A DNA stretch of 63,843 bases, filler included, from Phoronis australis (taxonomy: Eukaryota > Animalia > Phoronida), in assembly GCA_002633005.1 (NCBI GenBank). It is 7 parts of 7 records of this genome, joined end to end, with 100 filler letters (N's around TTAATTAATTAA, not from the genome) between each part and the next. Parts side by side here need not be neighbours in the genome. Positions count along the whole stretch, not along the records: positions 61,677 to 63,843 come from NMRA01003821.1; 6 more parts are not named here. The stretch is one strand, 5' to 3'. The notes below the pieces were generated by a model. That model did no database searches and was not told the origin of the DNA. It saw only the letters and a list, made by a program, of their open reading frames with translations. Shown here in pieces: positions 62,611 through 63,843 of this stretch (position 1 is its first letter; each line of letters begins with the position of its first letter). The position numbers and the translations under genes were made by a program.

Positions 62611-63201
62611 TTAAGCATGCGTTTCAGAGTCATCGTTCCTTGTTGGCCGGTCGTCAACATCATAAATAACATTTTCCTCCCATTCCACGTCTCGGTCTGA
62701 CTCGGGAGATATCGTTTGCTGACCGTAGTCAAAATCAGGTCGCTTTGATTGTTTGGAAAAGTTAGCACCACTATTCGCNCCTCTTCCGTTTGAGCATTTC
62801 TTTTGATGGAACCATCTTCTACTTCATAAATGTCGTTTTCTGCCCAATCCACTTCATCACGTCCGTGCCATTTCGTCTGCTCAGCGTTGCTGACGTTTTC
62901 TGGTTCCAAAGCGTAAATGTCGTTATTCACCCACTCTTCGACACTACCAACTCCATTTTCTGTCACTTCCACGTCGCCATCTTGATCGTGTTTTTTCGTC
63001 CGCTGACTATCGGGGAATTGTTCGCGCGTGTAGTTGTAATAGCCCTCCTGACCGATGGGTTTACTTTCCGTTGTAGGCCTATTCGTTGGCTGAAACCCAG
63101 TACGGTCGTCGTTCACACCTTCATAAACGTGGACATCGAGTTCGTAGGCATCGTTTGAAAACTGCTGCACCTTAGCTTGTGGGGCACCATGTCCTGCTTT
63201 C
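62611..63201 (-). CDS. Probable terminal coding exon: acidic, disordered tail with repeated W-x-x-N-x-I-Y motifs
   Basis: Acceptor ttttctag|; KAGHGAPQ..FSNDAYELD..VYEGV..YYNY..WVNNDIYA..WAENDIYE.. Shifting frame at the N (62779) continues ANSGANFSKQ..WEENVIYDVDD..ETHA*. Confidence 0.6.
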
Positions 63202-63843
63202 CTAGAAAATATTATGCAAAGGCATAAGACAGTTTGCGAGAGTGTTTCCACTGTTCCCCCTTGGTCTCCTAAGCTAACTCGTGGGAATGGAGATGGGTCA
63301 TCAACATCTTTTCGCACCACTTCGGTAGTCGCCAATTTCTCACTCCTCTCGCCACAGGCGTGGAGAAAAAGAGCTATACCTTATCGTGATAAAACCAAAA
63401 ATACCTTTAATTAATTCACAAATAGTGATGTTTTATATTTCGATTCCCGTCAATGCTATTTTTGTGTTTCATTACAATCTCACGATTTGATCGTTTGAGC
63501 TGCGTGGAGAATGATATTGCTGGGCTTCGCATGAACATACTCGTCTGTGGTTCTCATGAGCAATTTGAATTTTCCTCGTTTTCTTCCGGAATATTTGCCA
63601 GCTGAAATTTGCTTCGAATTAAACGAAAAAAGAAAGGTCTCTTTTTGGGAAATACAGTTTTGCACTTCCTAATGATTGGCTTTTTTCCACTCTTCTACAT
63701 GCTTTGCTGTGTTTTTCTTTTCTTGACCGCCCCAGCCAACCCCACTTTCCCACCCAACGCCAATGCCGATCGCCACAAAGGCTGCGCAACCGCGTCTGAA
63801 AATTAGTGGGAACACGTACCTTCACTTACACTGCTTTCGTATT

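Noticed and set aside
62790-63158. 122-aa hydrophobic ORF on the + strand
   Set aside because: Antisense shadow of the acidic minus-strand exon.

Overview
This is AT-rich genomic DNA from an intron-containing animal, probably an invertebrate. It consists of seven contigs joined by artificial 100-bp linkers (44N-TTAATTAATTAA-44N). Host genes: the last two coding exons of DAW1/WDR69 (21628-22404), a near-complete 3-exon HSCB/Hsc20 gene (52980-56418), a candidate orphan secreted-peptide gene (47735-50180), and the acidic, Tyr-motif-repeat 3' part of an unidentified minus-strand gene (62611-63201). Most of the rest is transposon-derived: a decayed hAT element whose ZMYM1/THAP12-like transposase is preceded by a spliced Vertnin/OTU-like domain; four copies of a Kolobok-type (TTAA) deletion derivative with convergent THAP and KolX-like 5' stubs; Helentron-type (HINE-like) elements whose internal arrays are dense in CTCF-like motifs; Harbinger-type MITEs in CCWGG sites; AcademH-like elements with 9-bp TSDs, including a 57-bp hairpin; L2/Crack-type LINE and Penelope remnants; a tRNA-like-LTR fragment; and minisatellites. 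All family assignments come from motif, terminus and TSD recognition by eye; no database search was run.
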